Of a DNA stretch of 64,000 bases, positions 50,101 through 59,426 are shown one piece after another. The notes beneath the pieces are model-generated. The model was not told the DNA's origin. It searched no databases and was given only the letters and a program-made list of their open reading frames with translations. How positions within the stretch are numbered: position 1 is the first letter of the stretch; every line of letters starts with the position of its first letter. Source of the DNA: a bacterium (GTDB lineage Bacteria; Patescibacteriota; Minisyncoccia; Phycocordibacterales; UBA6899); the NCBI GenBank assembly GCA_021851895.1, contig JAJZQJ010000004.1:9127-73126 (forward strand), given 5' to 3'. Position numbers and translations under genes: made by a program.

Positions 50101-52488
50101 AAGGGTGATCAAGAGCTTGCGAATCTCATAAAGCAGGACATCGATATCTTGCGCGGCAAGGTGAAGTCCGGTTCAGTAATTGAGCGAAGGATCAAACAGT
50201 TGAAGGAGTTCAAAGATGCGAAGTTCTATACTGATCGCATTGAACGCCTGCTGACGAAACTTGATGTAGCGAACGATATGGGTGATAAGGCGGCTGCAGA
50301 GACGATCGAGCGCAAGATCGCGCAAACCGCAACACTTATGCGTGAGCTCATGAAGCAGGGTATGCTGAGTTTTGGTGCCGAGAGTAGACTCGCGCGGGTA
50401 CATACGCGCCTCGATGGCGGTCCGCAGAAGGACCGTCATGATGATGCGGATGTTGCAATAAATAGCCTTGCATTCATGCAGGCACTCGGTCATGCAGATG
50501 CGGTCCATTCGCTCGACATGTCTGCGATAGAAGAGAAGCTCGAGAAGACACTCGGCGGATATCGTGAAGATATTGATGCCGCAGCGCGAAAGCGAAGTAC
50601 AAAACATGTCGCAAAAGCAGTTGCATTGCGTGCTGGATTCGGACTCGCAGGTTATGGTCTCGCGCGCGCAGGTATGCAATTCTTTGGAGGACATGGGGAA
50701 CAGGTCACACAACATGCGCATGGTGCAACACATGGACAGCCACATCAGTGGGCATTACCGAAGACTCCAGCACCAAAGACACATACTTGGGCATTGCCGG
50801 AGACGCCACGACCACCAGTTGCAAGCATAGAGCATGGCGGCCTTGCGCTTGGAGTACATACGGTCGCACATGGAGAGACGTTGACCGCGATCGCACGAAA
50901 GTTCCCTGAAATTGCGAAGCTTTCGGGGCATGACCAAGAAGTCGCTATTGCGAATCTCGTGAAGCATCTTTCTCCAGAGAAATTGAAGCTTCTTGGTATC
51001 TCAAGTGGTAACCCTAATCTCATTCGCACGGGTGAACATATCGATCTTACGAAGCTCCACGAGGAATTCGTCTCACTGAAGACCAGTGGTGCGCAGGTGG
51101 CAGCACATGCGGACAAGGTGATTCATCATGAGGTCGCTCCACGAGCAGGGGGTCAGGTCGTTCACGAAGACATGGGTGCAGAGAAGGAGGCTCAAGAAGC
51201 AGCGCATGCGCCGATGCGCATTCCTGCTCGCGGAAGAGTCAATCTTCCTCCTGGGTCACGACATGATGGGGTTGATGAGAGTATGCCCCATCCTCGACAT
51301 AAGGGTGGGTTCACGCTACCTCCTCCTGTCCCAGGTCAAGAAATACCACATTTCGGTTCTCCAATGGAGGCAGCTGCAGTCGTTCAGAATAAGATGGATC
51401 ATGCATTGAAGAGCATATTCGGTCAAAAGGGTCTCTTTGGTAGAGATCATACGAGGGAATGGGAAGGTGATCCACTTTCTCGAGTGCATGGACTCAAGGA
51501 TGCACCCGCACAACGTATGCTTGAGCATCGTTCCGGACTCCTTGCGGAATCTCGAACGCGTATGGGGCTGCGCAACTATATGCAAGAGTTGCATGGTCGC
51601 ACGCATATTGAGCCGCGCACGGGTGAGACGACGGAGATGTATATAAGACGCGCATTACTCTCTGAGGAGGGTGGTGTGCATGATGCGGTGAAGGCTCCCG
51701 TCAGTGAAATGAAGGAACTCGTACTCTCGCGCGTAGCTGAGGAGGTACATTCGACGAACGAAGCACTCGATGCATTTATTCCGAAGTTCATGAAGCGGTT
51801 TCCTGAAATCGCGCATGAGAGTGAGAGTGCTCGCGTGCAGACGATCGTCAATTTCTTACGCACTGCGAAGCCACAGCATTTTAAAGCGCTCGGCCTGAAC
51901 GGAGACGATATGCAGGCGCATATCGCGGGTGGAAGGCTTGATGCTGCACGTCTTACCGCATATCTTCATCAGCAAGGAGGAGCATCGCAGTCGATGCCGC
52001 ATGCAGTTGCTGAGAGTGCGCATCAGACTGTGCAAGCGCACATTCCGTCTGCAGAGAAGGTGATTCCAGGACCTGCGACGGCAACTGAAGGCGGACATTT
52101 GGCTCCGCTTTCACATGACGATGTCGTCATCATGGAGAAACGTTGGGATGATCTTACTGTGCTCAATAGGTCAGAGCTCGCTAATCGTATGGTTCCTGAT
52201 TACATCGATCGGGACATCGTGTCGCATCTGAAAGGCGCAGACCCAGAACATCTCATGAGCGCGCTGAAGGATCTTCCGATGCGCTTACTCTTCGCTGATA
52301 AGGAGAGTCTCGCAAAGACGATGGATCCAGGTGTTGCTGACGGTGTTGTCGCGCTTGGAAAGATCGTTACTGAAAGACATCTCATGAATATGGAAGAGGG
52401 TATCGACTGGGAGCAGCCAATTTCTACTTTTGTGAAAGAGGCTTACTTGAAGAAGTTACTCAGTGAGGGTCCTACTGCATTCAAATGA
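47164..52488 (+). CDS. giant (1774 aa) charged, coiled-coil-rich protein with central glycine-zipper TM hairpin, His-rich segment, WALP.TP.P mini-repeat and LysM-like segment
   Basis: E/K/R/A-rich heptad-like sequence over about 850 aa; FVATAVVGAIAIPGTMAIAGGAVAVGVAGAVGYF; HTVAHGETLTAIARKF...NLIRTGEHIDL resembles LysM. Confidence 0.6.
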   Translation: MGKREGQSIGGFSALGAAFEGQELPIAPEPRPAEEDPIPNSADTAGDPIIFENHRYIFDGYDADGMARLEDYYSGDMNVPPTIKLVTREQLLEGFRLAKEDEAAEERRAIEGGERAEREAAARMAQDIEHGIAPSLAVDNEIARDEVAVQAAVDVAEAVPALASDESMTTPPGMEPVPPQPEGELSVDDQPERAKWLNVAITRLIEVEGQLRALKNKNGQKRKVGELYLKRDKLDEEIHGVLNEVAPEVLKSIRVDDYAHIENMRELFGSERDIVARKEKEQALIAEGKITQDDLDAYKAALAKRSEFISSMKKIGVPHHVATRLFRNEVDELRALEQVIARADVRDAKVLDTRQAKHLLSRFGVKDEKIEWYKEVMRKKIEANEPLAPDEFSSFVSRGQERPVVPAAPDVLSATEASAQHSDTSGNESALVTNASEDIDREIARLEYKLKNTGFSSLTEMRAAKTRLEELKQDKATLVGRNKPTASKKDDSASPEVKREDIAGVLAEEQEVKETIARDRQLQDEAELIIKLEEEIAGLTGGNRKEYFENVLRGLTDAHEAFSRDKKARLSDGPLAQLKKLSGEIVALREEGAALSERNPISLHVLEAFSKEGVEYADLEAIPGFVGLSEGQQLLMLKNYSTAVVNKVKREAKSESDAAWSERTFLGKLGLSMLTLGLAKNISEQARQRDIARKLSSGEKLVKEERRVMLEAFAKIAIEGPEVERSADGALHTHYLATERFKDDKEALEAVNAYNRVAEKFAKLPKQWIDADLALPRNEQQSYFSKLLGKKHMMLSGKEHLEVAETKEEYQESRKRLLAVLEKHNDKEPGVEARRSAMLEMNALDERVQLDQLFASNPDAEEALQDIRDTNVFTRALSEFGKHRGQYIAYGAATRFVATAVVGAIAIPGTMAIAGGAVAVGVAGAVGYFQARREAKELLKTRRASGLLSDEDLREDVAYTVNNSEILGRKEEAHAAALEKGDQELANLIKQDIDILRGKVKSGSVIERRIKQLKEFKDAKFYTDRIERLLTKLDVANDMGDKAAAETIERKIAQTATLMRELMKQGMLSFGAESRLARVHTRLDGGPQKDRHDDADVAINSLAFMQALGHADAVHSLDMSAIEEKLEKTLGGYREDIDAAARKRSTKHVAKAVALRAGFGLAGYGLARAGMQFFGGHGEQVTQHAHGATHGQPHQWALPKTPAPKTHTWALPETPRPPVASIEHGGLALGVHTVAHGETLTAIARKFPEIAKLSGHDQEVAIANLVKHLSPEKLKLLGISSGNPNLIRTGEHIDLTKLHEEFVSLKTSGAQVAAHADKVIHHEVAPRAGGQVVHEDMGAEKEAQEAAHAPMRIPARGRVNLPPGSRHDGVDESMPHPRHKGGFTLPPPVPGQEIPHFGSPMEAAAVVQNKMDHALKSIFGQKGLFGRDHTREWEGDPLSRVHGLKDAPAQRMLEHRSGLLAESRTRMGLRNYMQELHGRTHIEPRTGETTEMYIRRALLSEEGGVHDAVKAPVSEMKELVLSRVAEEVHSTNEALDAFIPKFMKRFPEIAHESESARVQTIVNFLRTAKPQHFKALGLNGDDMQAHIAGGRLDAARLTAYLHQQGGASQSMPHAVAESAHQTVQAHIPSAEKVIPGPATATEGGHLAPLSHDDVVIMEKRWDDLTVLNRSELANRMVPDYIDRDIVSHLKGADPEHLMSALKDLPMRLLFADKESLAKTMDPGVADGVVALGKIVTERHLMNMEEGIDWEQPISTFVKEAYLKKLLSEGPTAFK

Positions 52489-52491
52489 TAA

Positions 52492-52521
52492 AAACCAGAG
52501 CCTTGCTCTGGTTTTTGTTTT
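52492..52521. terminator. bidirectional terminator
   Basis: aaaccagagccttgctctggtttttgttttt. Confidence 0.75.
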
Positions 52522-53148
52522 TCAGTGATGGTGTGCGCAGCAGTGCTGTTTGCCACTGCGTGCGTCCTTCAGGATCTGCATCGTCCAAATAAACATCCAT
52601 AGTGCGATGCCAAAGGAGAGCAGTGGGTCAATGATGGGACGATGGGTGAATGCGATCACCATCGTACCGACGACGACTGCGACACTCTGCGCGAGATCGG
52701 AGAGGATGTGTACGTCGAGTGCGCGTTTGGTGATGTTGTGTGCCGTGTCCTTCGTAGTGACGATATAGTGCTGCGCGTAGTTGCCGAACGTACCCAAGAC
52801 GGCGATCGTAATGACCCAACCGAGGTCGAGTACGCGCGGAGCCTGGAGGCGTTCGTACGCTTCCTTTGTCATCCAGAGACAGACGATGATGAGCAGTAAG
52901 GCCTGGGCATAGGCTCCATACCTTCTGATCTTTGCGACGTGTTCAGGTTTCTTGTCGCGGACGAATAGCGAGATGGCAAGTGCCATGCTGATCGCTCCCG
53001 CGTCAGCAAGGACATGCCAGGCATCGCCAACGAGCGCGAGACTGTGTGCGTGACTGCCGACGACGATCTCCATGATGAAGATCATGACGGCGAGCAGAAG
53101 AACGAATGCATAGCGTTTCGGTTCATCGTGGTCGTGGGTATACCCCAT
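52522..53148 (-). CDS. cation diffusion facilitator (CDF) family transporter, TM-domain only, His-rich C-terminus
   Basis: HSLALVGDAWHVLADAGAI signature; 6 TM; RBS gaggtg before ATG 53148. Confidence 0.7.
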   Translation of the reverse strand: MGYTHDHDEPKRYAFVLLLAVMIFIMEIVVGSHAHSLALVGDAWHVLADAGAISMALAISLFVRDKKPEHVAKIRRYGAYAQALLLIIVCLWMTKEAYERLQAPRVLDLGWVITIAVLGTFGNYAQHYIVTTKDTAHNITKRALDVHILSDLAQSVAVVVGTMVIAFTHRPIIDPLLSFGIALWMFIWTMQILKDARSGKQHCCAHHH

Positions 53149-53269
53149 GAAACACCTCAAAAAGTACGAGCTCTTTCCAGATTAGGGGACTATGGTGTCA
53201 TTGTCAAACGTCATTGCGCAAACGATTGAGCATGCTATCATTCCGATATTAATATTTCATTTTCTGAAT

Positions 53270-53878
53270 ATGGATAAGAATCATCCTCGTTATGAACGTA
53301 CATTTGTGATTGTAAAACCTGATGGTGTGCAGCGTGGTCTCTCGGGAGAGGTCATCGAGCGCATCGAGCGCTCAGGCCTCAAGATGATCGGCATGAAGTT
53401 CATGGTTGCGACACGCGAGCAGGCAGCAAAGCATTATGGTAAGGACGATGCATGGTGTGCAAAGGTCGGTCAGCGCACCGTCGATCGCATCATCAGTGAG
53501 GGCGGAAAGCCAGAGAAGGAGGCAGTCGCATATGGTCGCGATGTCCTGAATGGACTCCTCGATTTCCTCACGTGCTCTCCGATCGTCGTGATGGCATGGG
53601 AGGGAAACCAGGCAGTTGGTATCGTCAAGAAGATCGTCGGTGGTACAGAGCCGCTTACAAGTGATGTGGGTACGATTCGTGGCGACCTCACGCTCGATTC
53701 CTATGACATCGCAAACATCGATGGACGTGCAGTCCGCAACTTGGTCCACTGCTCGGATATGGTAGAGGAGGCGAAGCGAGAGCTCGCGATCTGGTTCAAG
53801 GAGGAGGAGCTTATTAAGTGGAAGTCGATACAGGAGAAGATGCTGTATGATGTGAATCTCGACGGCATCCTAGAATAG
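53270..53878 (+). CDS. ndk: nucleoside diphosphate kinase with C-terminal extension
   Basis: ERTFVIVKPDGVQRGL..., catalytic region ...NLVHCSD; ORF opens at 53192. Confidence 0.75.
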   Translation: MDKNHPRYERTFVIVKPDGVQRGLSGEVIERIERSGLKMIGMKFMVATREQAAKHYGKDDAWCAKVGQRTVDRIISEGGKPEKEAVAYGRDVLNGLLDFLTCSPIVVMAWEGNQAVGIVKKIVGGTEPLTSDVGTIRGDLTLDSYDIANIDGRAVRNLVHCSDMVEEAKRELAIWFKEEELIKWKSIQEKMLYDVNLDGILE

Positions 53879-53883
53879 ACCGC

Positions 53884-53999
53884 ATATTTGGGCGATCTTG
53901 CCCTCACGCTTCGGCATGCGACTCGCTCACCGTAGAACACCTACGGCTCGCTAGAGTTCGCACGCCTCCAGCGAGGGCAATCTCATCCCAAATCTTCGG
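53884..53999 (+). repeat. long-hairpin dispersed repeat, copy C
   Basis: ccctcacgcttcgg...tcaccgtagaacacctacggctcgct...cgcctccagcgaggg...atcccaaatcttc; ends atttggg.../...cccaaat pair. Confidence 0.75.
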
Positions 54000-54045
54000 T
54001 CTTGAAATTCCAAATGCAATACGGTCTTTCATTTTGAGAATGCGA

Positions 54046-54125
54046 CAGATGCAAATGCTGTTGCATTTTTTTTGATTCAAAATGCGGTAGTAAAAACAGC
54101 TCACGAGGAGCTGTTTTTAGTGGTA
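54046..54125 (+). terminator. two tandem terminators after ndk
   Basis: tgcaaatgctgttgcatttttttt and aaaaacagctcacgaggagctgttttt. Confidence 0.65.
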
Positions 54126-54466
54126 TTGGGAATGAGCCTTAGTAGATAAGTGGGCGGCCGCAGCACGGCATCCAAGGATGACGGCGATATGAGCTAGCCC
54201 TTTGACTCAGTTAGGGTTTTTCCCAATACTTATTCATAGTAGCACAGATAGAATTTTTGCAATACACAGGACATCATTTTACGACACGAAGAATAGCTCA
54301 TATTATAGCCATTTTTTCACTGTTTAGCGCAAAGCTGTTTTGCTTGAATTTTTCTCGTTTTGTGTTTCGGGGTCATATTCATCATTGATGGTGGTGTGCG
54401 TTCGTGCGGAGTGAGTAAGGAGATCTCTCTGCCATAAAGTAGTAATTTGGGATATAATGGCTGCAT

Positions 54467-55840
54467 ATGTCACATAAAGCGCGAATTGGTTTTTTCGGAG
54501 CCGTCGATTCTGTAACGGGAAATAACTTCTATTTTGAGGCAAGCGGTAAGAAACTCATGATCGACTGCGGTCTCTATCAGGGTGCACATTATGCAGATGA
54601 GCGCAATCACGCGCCTTTTGCTGTTGATCCAAAGACGATCGATATATTGCTTGTCACTCATGCGCACATCGACCATATCGGTCGCATTCCAAAGTTCGTT
54701 AAGGAGGGTTTCAAGGGTCGGATCATTTCGACGGTCCCCACGAAGGAGCTCGCCGAGATCATGCTCCGCGATACGGTCAGCATTCTTGCGCATGAGGCGA
54801 CGAGGGATGGTACGGAGCCTATCTATGAAGAGCACGATGTTGAGCGCACTATGCATCTTTGGCATACCGAGGAGTATTATGAGCCGTTTCCGATCGCCGA
54901 CCACTTGTCGTGCGAGATGAAGGACGCTGGCCATATGCTCGGGTCTGCAATGATGTTCCTCAAATTGGGCAGTGAGATCATGGTCTTTACGGGTGATCTT
55001 GGTAATTCTCCAACGCCACTCATTCGCGACACTGACTCGATAGCGGGAGCGAAATATCTTTTGATGGAAGCGGTTTATGGTGATCGCAATCATGAGGATC
55101 GCGATGAGCGTAAAGAGAATCTCAAGAAGGCTATTCTCGCGAGTGTTGCTAAGGGTGGCACGCTGCTCTTGCCCGCGTTCTCGATCGAGCGCACACAAGA
55201 GTTGCTTTTCGAGCTCAATGCAATGGTCGAGCACCATCAACTGCCGAGCGTGAAGATCTTCGTTGATTCACCGCTCGCGATAAAGGCGACACAGGTTTAC
55301 CATCATAGCGAGCGTTACTTCAACAAGGAGGCACGTCATATCATCAAGAGTGGCGATGATGTATTCCGTTTCCCGAATTTACATTTCACAGAGACGCGTG
55401 CAGAAAGTATGGCAATATGGGATCAACATGGTCCGAAGGTCATCATGGCAGGATCAGGAATGCTTAACGGTGGACGCATCATGCATCACTTCAAACATTT
55501 CGCAGGTGATGAGAAGACCGCGATCCTGCTCGCGGGATATCAGGCAGCAGGGACTGTCGGGAGACGACTCATCGATGGTGAGCGCCGCATACGCATGGGG
55601 GATGCTGAAGTTGAGGTTCGTGCGCAGTTGTCCGTGCTGAATGGTTACTCCGGACACAAAGATATGGATCACCTCGTTGAGTTTGTGCAGAATGGTGCAC
55701 CGACGCTGAAGAAGATATTCGTCGCTATCGGCGAGCCCCGCAGTACCATGTTCCTTGCGCAGCGCATTCGTGATTATCTCGGACTCGATGCACAAGTTCC
55801 TGAACTTGGCACGACGATCGAGCTCGAGTTCGCAGAATAA
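54467..55840 (+). CDS. beta-CASP family MBL-fold ribonuclease (RNase J / CPSF-like)
   Basis: LVTHAHIDHIG (HxHxDH), further His/Asp ligands, beta-CASP-length 457 aa. Confidence 0.7.
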   Translation: MSHKARIGFFGAVDSVTGNNFYFEASGKKLMIDCGLYQGAHYADERNHAPFAVDPKTIDILLVTHAHIDHIGRIPKFVKEGFKGRIISTVPTKELAEIMLRDTVSILAHEATRDGTEPIYEEHDVERTMHLWHTEEYYEPFPIADHLSCEMKDAGHMLGSAMMFLKLGSEIMVFTGDLGNSPTPLIRDTDSIAGAKYLLMEAVYGDRNHEDRDERKENLKKAILASVAKGGTLLLPAFSIERTQELLFELNAMVEHHQLPSVKIFVDSPLAIKATQVYHHSERYFNKEARHIIKSGDDVFRFPNLHFTETRAESMAIWDQHGPKVIMAGSGMLNGGRIMHHFKHFAGDEKTAILLAGYQAAGTVGRRLIDGERRIRMGDAEVEVRAQLSVLNGYSGHKDMDHLVEFVQNGAPTLKKIFVAIGEPRSTMFLAQRIRDYLGLDAQVPELGTTIELEFAE

Positions 55841-55996
55841 GTGTGATTTCGCGTGTTCATCAAGAAAACCATCACTACACAACGGTAGTGATGGTTTTTC
55901 AATGGGAAATGCCTGGAAAGTCTTGATTTCTGGGCCTTTATTATTGGACAAAACTGAGAATATCTGCTATACTTTGACCACTAATTCATATTCCCC

Positions 55997-56566
55997 GTGA
56001 AAGAAAAAGTAAGGATAAATAATCAAATTCGTGCCCGTGAACTTCGGGTGATCGACGAAGAAAAGGGAAATCTCGGCATCATGCCTTTTGAGGATGCTTT
56101 CAAACTCGCCAAAGAGCGTGGTTTGGACCTCATCGAGATCTCTCCAGAAGCCGATCCACCTATTGCAAAAATTACCGATTATGGTAAGTTTCAGTACACT
56201 GCACAAAAAAAGGAGAGCGAAGCACGCGCGAAAGCGCACGTGACCGAAACCAAGAACGTTCAGGTGAAAATCGCAACCGGAGAGCACGATCTCGAGCTCA
56301 AAGCGAAGCGCATATCTGAATGGTTGAAGGAAGGACATCGTGTCAAGCTCGACCTTTATTTGGCTGGTCGAGCGAAATACCTCGATCCGAAGTTTCTCGA
56401 GGAGCGCTTGCATCGTATCCTTGTTCTCGTTTCCGAGGATTACAAAATAGCCGAAGCACCGAAGCGTGGACCTAAGGGTCTCTCGACCGTTCTTGAAAGG
56501 GGAAAGCCTAAGAAAGAGGCGAAGGACGAGAAGAGCGTTAACGTTGCAAAGGAGACAAAAGCATAA
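55997..56566 (+). CDS. infC: translation initiation factor IF-3
   Basis: INNQIRARELRVIDEEKGNLGIM...LDLIEISPEADPPIAKITDYGKFQY. Confidence 0.85.
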   Translation: MKEKVRINNQIRARELRVIDEEKGNLGIMPFEDAFKLAKERGLDLIEISPEADPPIAKITDYGKFQYTAQKKESEARAKAHVTETKNVQVKIATGEHDLELKAKRISEWLKEGHRVKLDLYLAGRAKYLDPKFLEERLHRILVLVSEDYKIAEAPKRGPKGLSTVLERGKPKKEAKDEKSVNVAKETKA

Positions 56567-56576
56567 AGAAATCATT

Positions 56577-56765
56577 ATGAAGACCAACAAGTCATACGCA
56601 AAGCGTGTAAAGGTTACGACCGCGGGTAAGGCACTCGTGCGCAAGCCAGGCCTCAACCACTACAACGCTCTTGAGAGCCGCAATGCCCAGCTTAAGCGCA
56701 AGGGTCGCATCGGCCTCAACATGTCGGCAAAGACTGCCGCACGTTTCCTCTCCAATATCGGCTAG
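56577..56765 (+). CDS. rpmI: 50S ribosomal protein L35
   Basis: MKTNKSYAKRVKVTTAGKALVRKPGLNHYNALE, 62 aa. Confidence 0.85.
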   Translation: MKTNKSYAKRVKVTTAGKALVRKPGLNHYNALESRNAQLKRKGRIGLNMSAKTAARFLSNIG

Positions 56766-56782
56766 GAACATTACCAACCGTA

Positions 56783-56900
56783 AATTTTCCTGATGACGAA
56801 CTTCTTCGTTATGGGGCCCCACCGCCTCGTCACCGTAGAGCTCCTACGGCTCCGTCGGTCGGTCACCCCATGCCTCGAATTTCATCCATCAGGAAAAATT
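56783..56900 (+). repeat. long-hairpin dispersed repeat, copy D (terminal pair ttttcctgatg / catcaggaaaa)
   Basis: tcaccgtagagctcctacggctccgtcgg... between rpmI and rplT. Confidence 0.75.
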
Positions 56901-56924
56901 CACACATAACTAATCAAAGAAAAT

Positions 56925-57272
56925 ATGTCACGTGTAAAGCGCGGTGTGATGTCCGTAAAGCGTCGCCGCAATGTGCTCAAAGCAGCAAAGGGTTTCCGCA
57001 ATGCTCGTAGCACCAAGGAAGCACAGGCGAAGGTTGCACTCCGCAAGGCGGGTGTGTACGCATTCGCTCATCGCCGCGACAAGAAAAATGATTTCCGCCG
57101 TCTCTGGCAGGTGCGCATCAGCGCAGCAGTGAAGCCACTCGGCTATTCATTCTCAAAGTTCATCGGAGCTGCAGCAAAGAAGAATATTGCGCTCGATCGC
57201 AAGATCCTCGCAACGCTCGCTACGGAGAACCCAGAGACCTTCACTCGTATCGTTAAGGAGGTCATGGCGTAA
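56925..57272 (+). CDS. rplT: 50S ribosomal protein L20
   Basis: MSRVKRGVMSVKRRRNVLKAAKGFRNARS. Confidence 0.9.
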   Translation: MSRVKRGVMSVKRRRNVLKAAKGFRNARSTKEAQAKVALRKAGVYAFAHRRDKKNDFRRLWQVRISAAVKPLGYSFSKFIGAAAKKNIALDRKILATLATENPETFTRIVKEVMA

Positions 57273-57273
57273 A

Positions 57274-57304
57274 AAATTCCCGAAAGGGGATTTTTTCTTT
57301 CAGC
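57274..57304 (+). terminator. rho-independent terminator
   Basis: aaaaaattcccgaaaggggattttttc. Confidence 0.75.
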
Positions 57305-57374
57305 TCACAAGTTTGACACTTAGCATAAAATATTGTAGAAATAGCAACGGATATTTCTTTCATTTGGAGGCCAT

Positions 57375-58754
57375 ATGAATGGCAATCAGGTCGCATTCCC
57401 GCTCTCCTATAGTGGTCGTATTCCGAAAGGGTCGGCGCTTAAGGAGGCTGAGGTGGAAATGGCGATGTCCACGCACACGTGCAGTGTGCGCGTCGCTAAG
57501 GTTTCTGCGCAGTTCATGAAGAAGATCGAGTCGGAATTGTGTACTACGTGTACGGTGGATGGAGTGGAAATCCCACTGCTCTTCCCACCGCGAGTCGCTA
57601 TCGAGCCTGGGCCTATCCCCGGGGATGATCCACGGGGGAAGGAACAATTCGAAGGGTTTCTCGCAGAGAACAAGGATATGTTCGAAAGGCTGTCCCTGTT
57701 CGCGGGATTCTTCGGTCTCGACCGCATCCTCATTCGATTCGAAAGAGGTGACGCACAGGCACCGTTTCCCGTGCGTTCCCGCTCCGAGCTCGATGTGCTC
57801 ATTTTCACTGGACCCATCAGTTCTGTGGACAAGAAGACGATGAAGAGCATCGGCGGCATGCCGATCAATGGAAATGATAAGGGCCGCCCGGTTCTCATGT
57901 CGCATTGCCCGATTCGTGGCGGAGTGCTCATTGAGGGCGAGCAAGTGCTCATGCAGTACATCGATAATACGATTTACACGCTGTTCCACCCCTCGACGCT
58001 TGTCGAACGCGGTGGCATCTATGCGACCGACTGTTATCTCGATGCATTGATCAATACCATTGCGCTTTGGCGTGCGAAGAAAACCGGCTATGAGGATGCT
58101 GATGCATCGCTTAAGCCAACATTTCTTCCCGTTGATGGCGAGGGTGTTGCGACTGAGTTCGCGCGTGCAGAAAAGAAGGTGCGCGATGAGTGCACGAGAG
58201 AAATCGGTGACCTCAACGAGCGAATTCGTAAGCAAGAGAAAGAGCTCTTGAGGTTGCGCAGGGAAGTCCTTGTGCTGCAGAAGCAGTGCACGATGCCGCT
58301 ACTTTTCAGTAATGCCGCATTTGTGCTCGATGAAGCGCGTCGTGATGAGCTGCTTGAGAGCGTGCGCCGCTTCTCGGTGCACCCGCTTGTGGAGAAGCTT
58401 CAAATCGTCTCTGACCTCGGCATCCACCTGCTCACGAAGGAGGTGGTCATTACGCACGAGTCGCAGCGCTATCGCATCGGAACGTTCAGTGCGCTCTTTC
58501 ACTACGATGGGAACATCAGCGTCTGGGCGACGACGACCCATCATCCCGATGGGGTCCCTCATCCGCATATCGAGCGAGATACAGGAATGTGCCTCGGCAA
58601 TGTGAGTGACGCGATCAGGCGTGCGCTTGCGGAATTTCGCTTCGGCGACGCGATCGAGTTCTTTCTCGTGTCGCTCGAAGAGGGCTACACTCATGAGAAT
58701 GTGCTATTCCACCCGGTTACCGAGTGGCCCATCGTTTGCAAAGAGGAGGCCTGA
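57375..58754 (+). CDS. multidomain protein with C-terminal E2-like (UBC-fold) domain: unknown N-terminal region, coiled coil, then HPH...C catalytic-type motif
   Basis: ...VWATTTHHPDGVPHPHIERDTGMCLGNVSDAI...EWP matches the HPN-x4-G-x-C-L signature of ubiquitin-conjugating enzymes; strong ggagg RBS; stop overlaps the next start (TGATG). Confidence 0.5.
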   Translation: MNGNQVAFPLSYSGRIPKGSALKEAEVEMAMSTHTCSVRVAKVSAQFMKKIESELCTTCTVDGVEIPLLFPPRVAIEPGPIPGDDPRGKEQFEGFLAENKDMFERLSLFAGFFGLDRILIRFERGDAQAPFPVRSRSELDVLIFTGPISSVDKKTMKSIGGMPINGNDKGRPVLMSHCPIRGGVLIEGEQVLMQYIDNTIYTLFHPSTLVERGGIYATDCYLDALINTIALWRAKKTGYEDADASLKPTFLPVDGEGVATEFARAEKKVRDECTREIGDLNERIRKQEKELLRLRREVLVLQKQCTMPLLFSNAAFVLDEARRDELLESVRRFSVHPLVEKLQIVSDLGIHLLTKEVVITHESQRYRIGTFSALFHYDGNISVWATTTHHPDGVPHPHIERDTGMCLGNVSDAIRRALAEFRFGDAIEFFLVSLEEGYTHENVLFHPVTEWPIVCKEEA

Positions 58755-59416
58755 TGCCGCGAATGAATTTTTCCATGCAGAATCGTCTGTTCGATCCTGA
58801 GCACGCGCGCTCGGTCACCGTTATCGGTGTGGGCTCTGTCGGCAGCAATGTCGCCGATATGCTCGCGCGCATCGGCGTGGAGCACCTTGCGGTCGTCGAT
58901 GGCGATTGTGTGGAGTCCCACAACATTCCCGCTTCGCGATTCGGTATTGCCGACCTTGGATATTTCAAGGCCGACATCGTCGCGAAGAGGCTGCTCAAGG
59001 AGACTGGCCTTACCGCCAAAGTCGAGCGCCGCTACTATGAGGGCAACGATCGCCTCAAGGGATCCGTCTTCTCCTGTGTCGACACCATGTCGGCGCGAAT
59101 GAAGATCTGGTCCGCAGTCAAAAAGAATCCGCTCGTCGATGTCTTTATCGACACGCGAGTGGCCGTACGTTTCTTCACCGTGTTCTGCGTGCGCCCCTCG
59201 GTTCCCGAGGATATCGCACATTACGAGCAGTTTCTCTATGAGGATGCCGAGGCGACCGGTCAGAGCTGTGGAGCGCACGGCATCATCACTGCGTCCGCAA
59301 TGGTCGCTGCTGAGGCTGTAGAGCGCTTGTGCGCATTTTGGTCTGATGGTAATATCCGCCTACAGACGGAAGGTCTCGTCGGTGGTGCACGTTTTCCCGT
59401 AACCCCTCACAACTAA
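58754..59416 (+). CDS. ThiF/MoeB/E1-like adenylyltransferase (minimal E1)
   Basis: VTVIGVGSVGSNVADMLARIGVEHLAVVDGDCVESHNI Rossmann/ATP-binding signature of the E1 superfamily; translationally coupled to upstream gene. Confidence 0.7.
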   Translation: MPRMNFSMQNRLFDPEHARSVTVIGVGSVGSNVADMLARIGVEHLAVVDGDCVESHNIPASRFGIADLGYFKADIVAKRLLKETGLTAKVERRYYEGNDRLKGSVFSCVDTMSARMKIWSAVKKNPLVDVFIDTRVAVRFFTVFCVRPSVPEDIAHYEQFLYEDAEATGQSCGAHGIITASAMVAAEAVERLCAFWSDGNIRLQTEGLVGGARFPVTPHN

Positions 59417-59426
59417 GGAGGAACTC

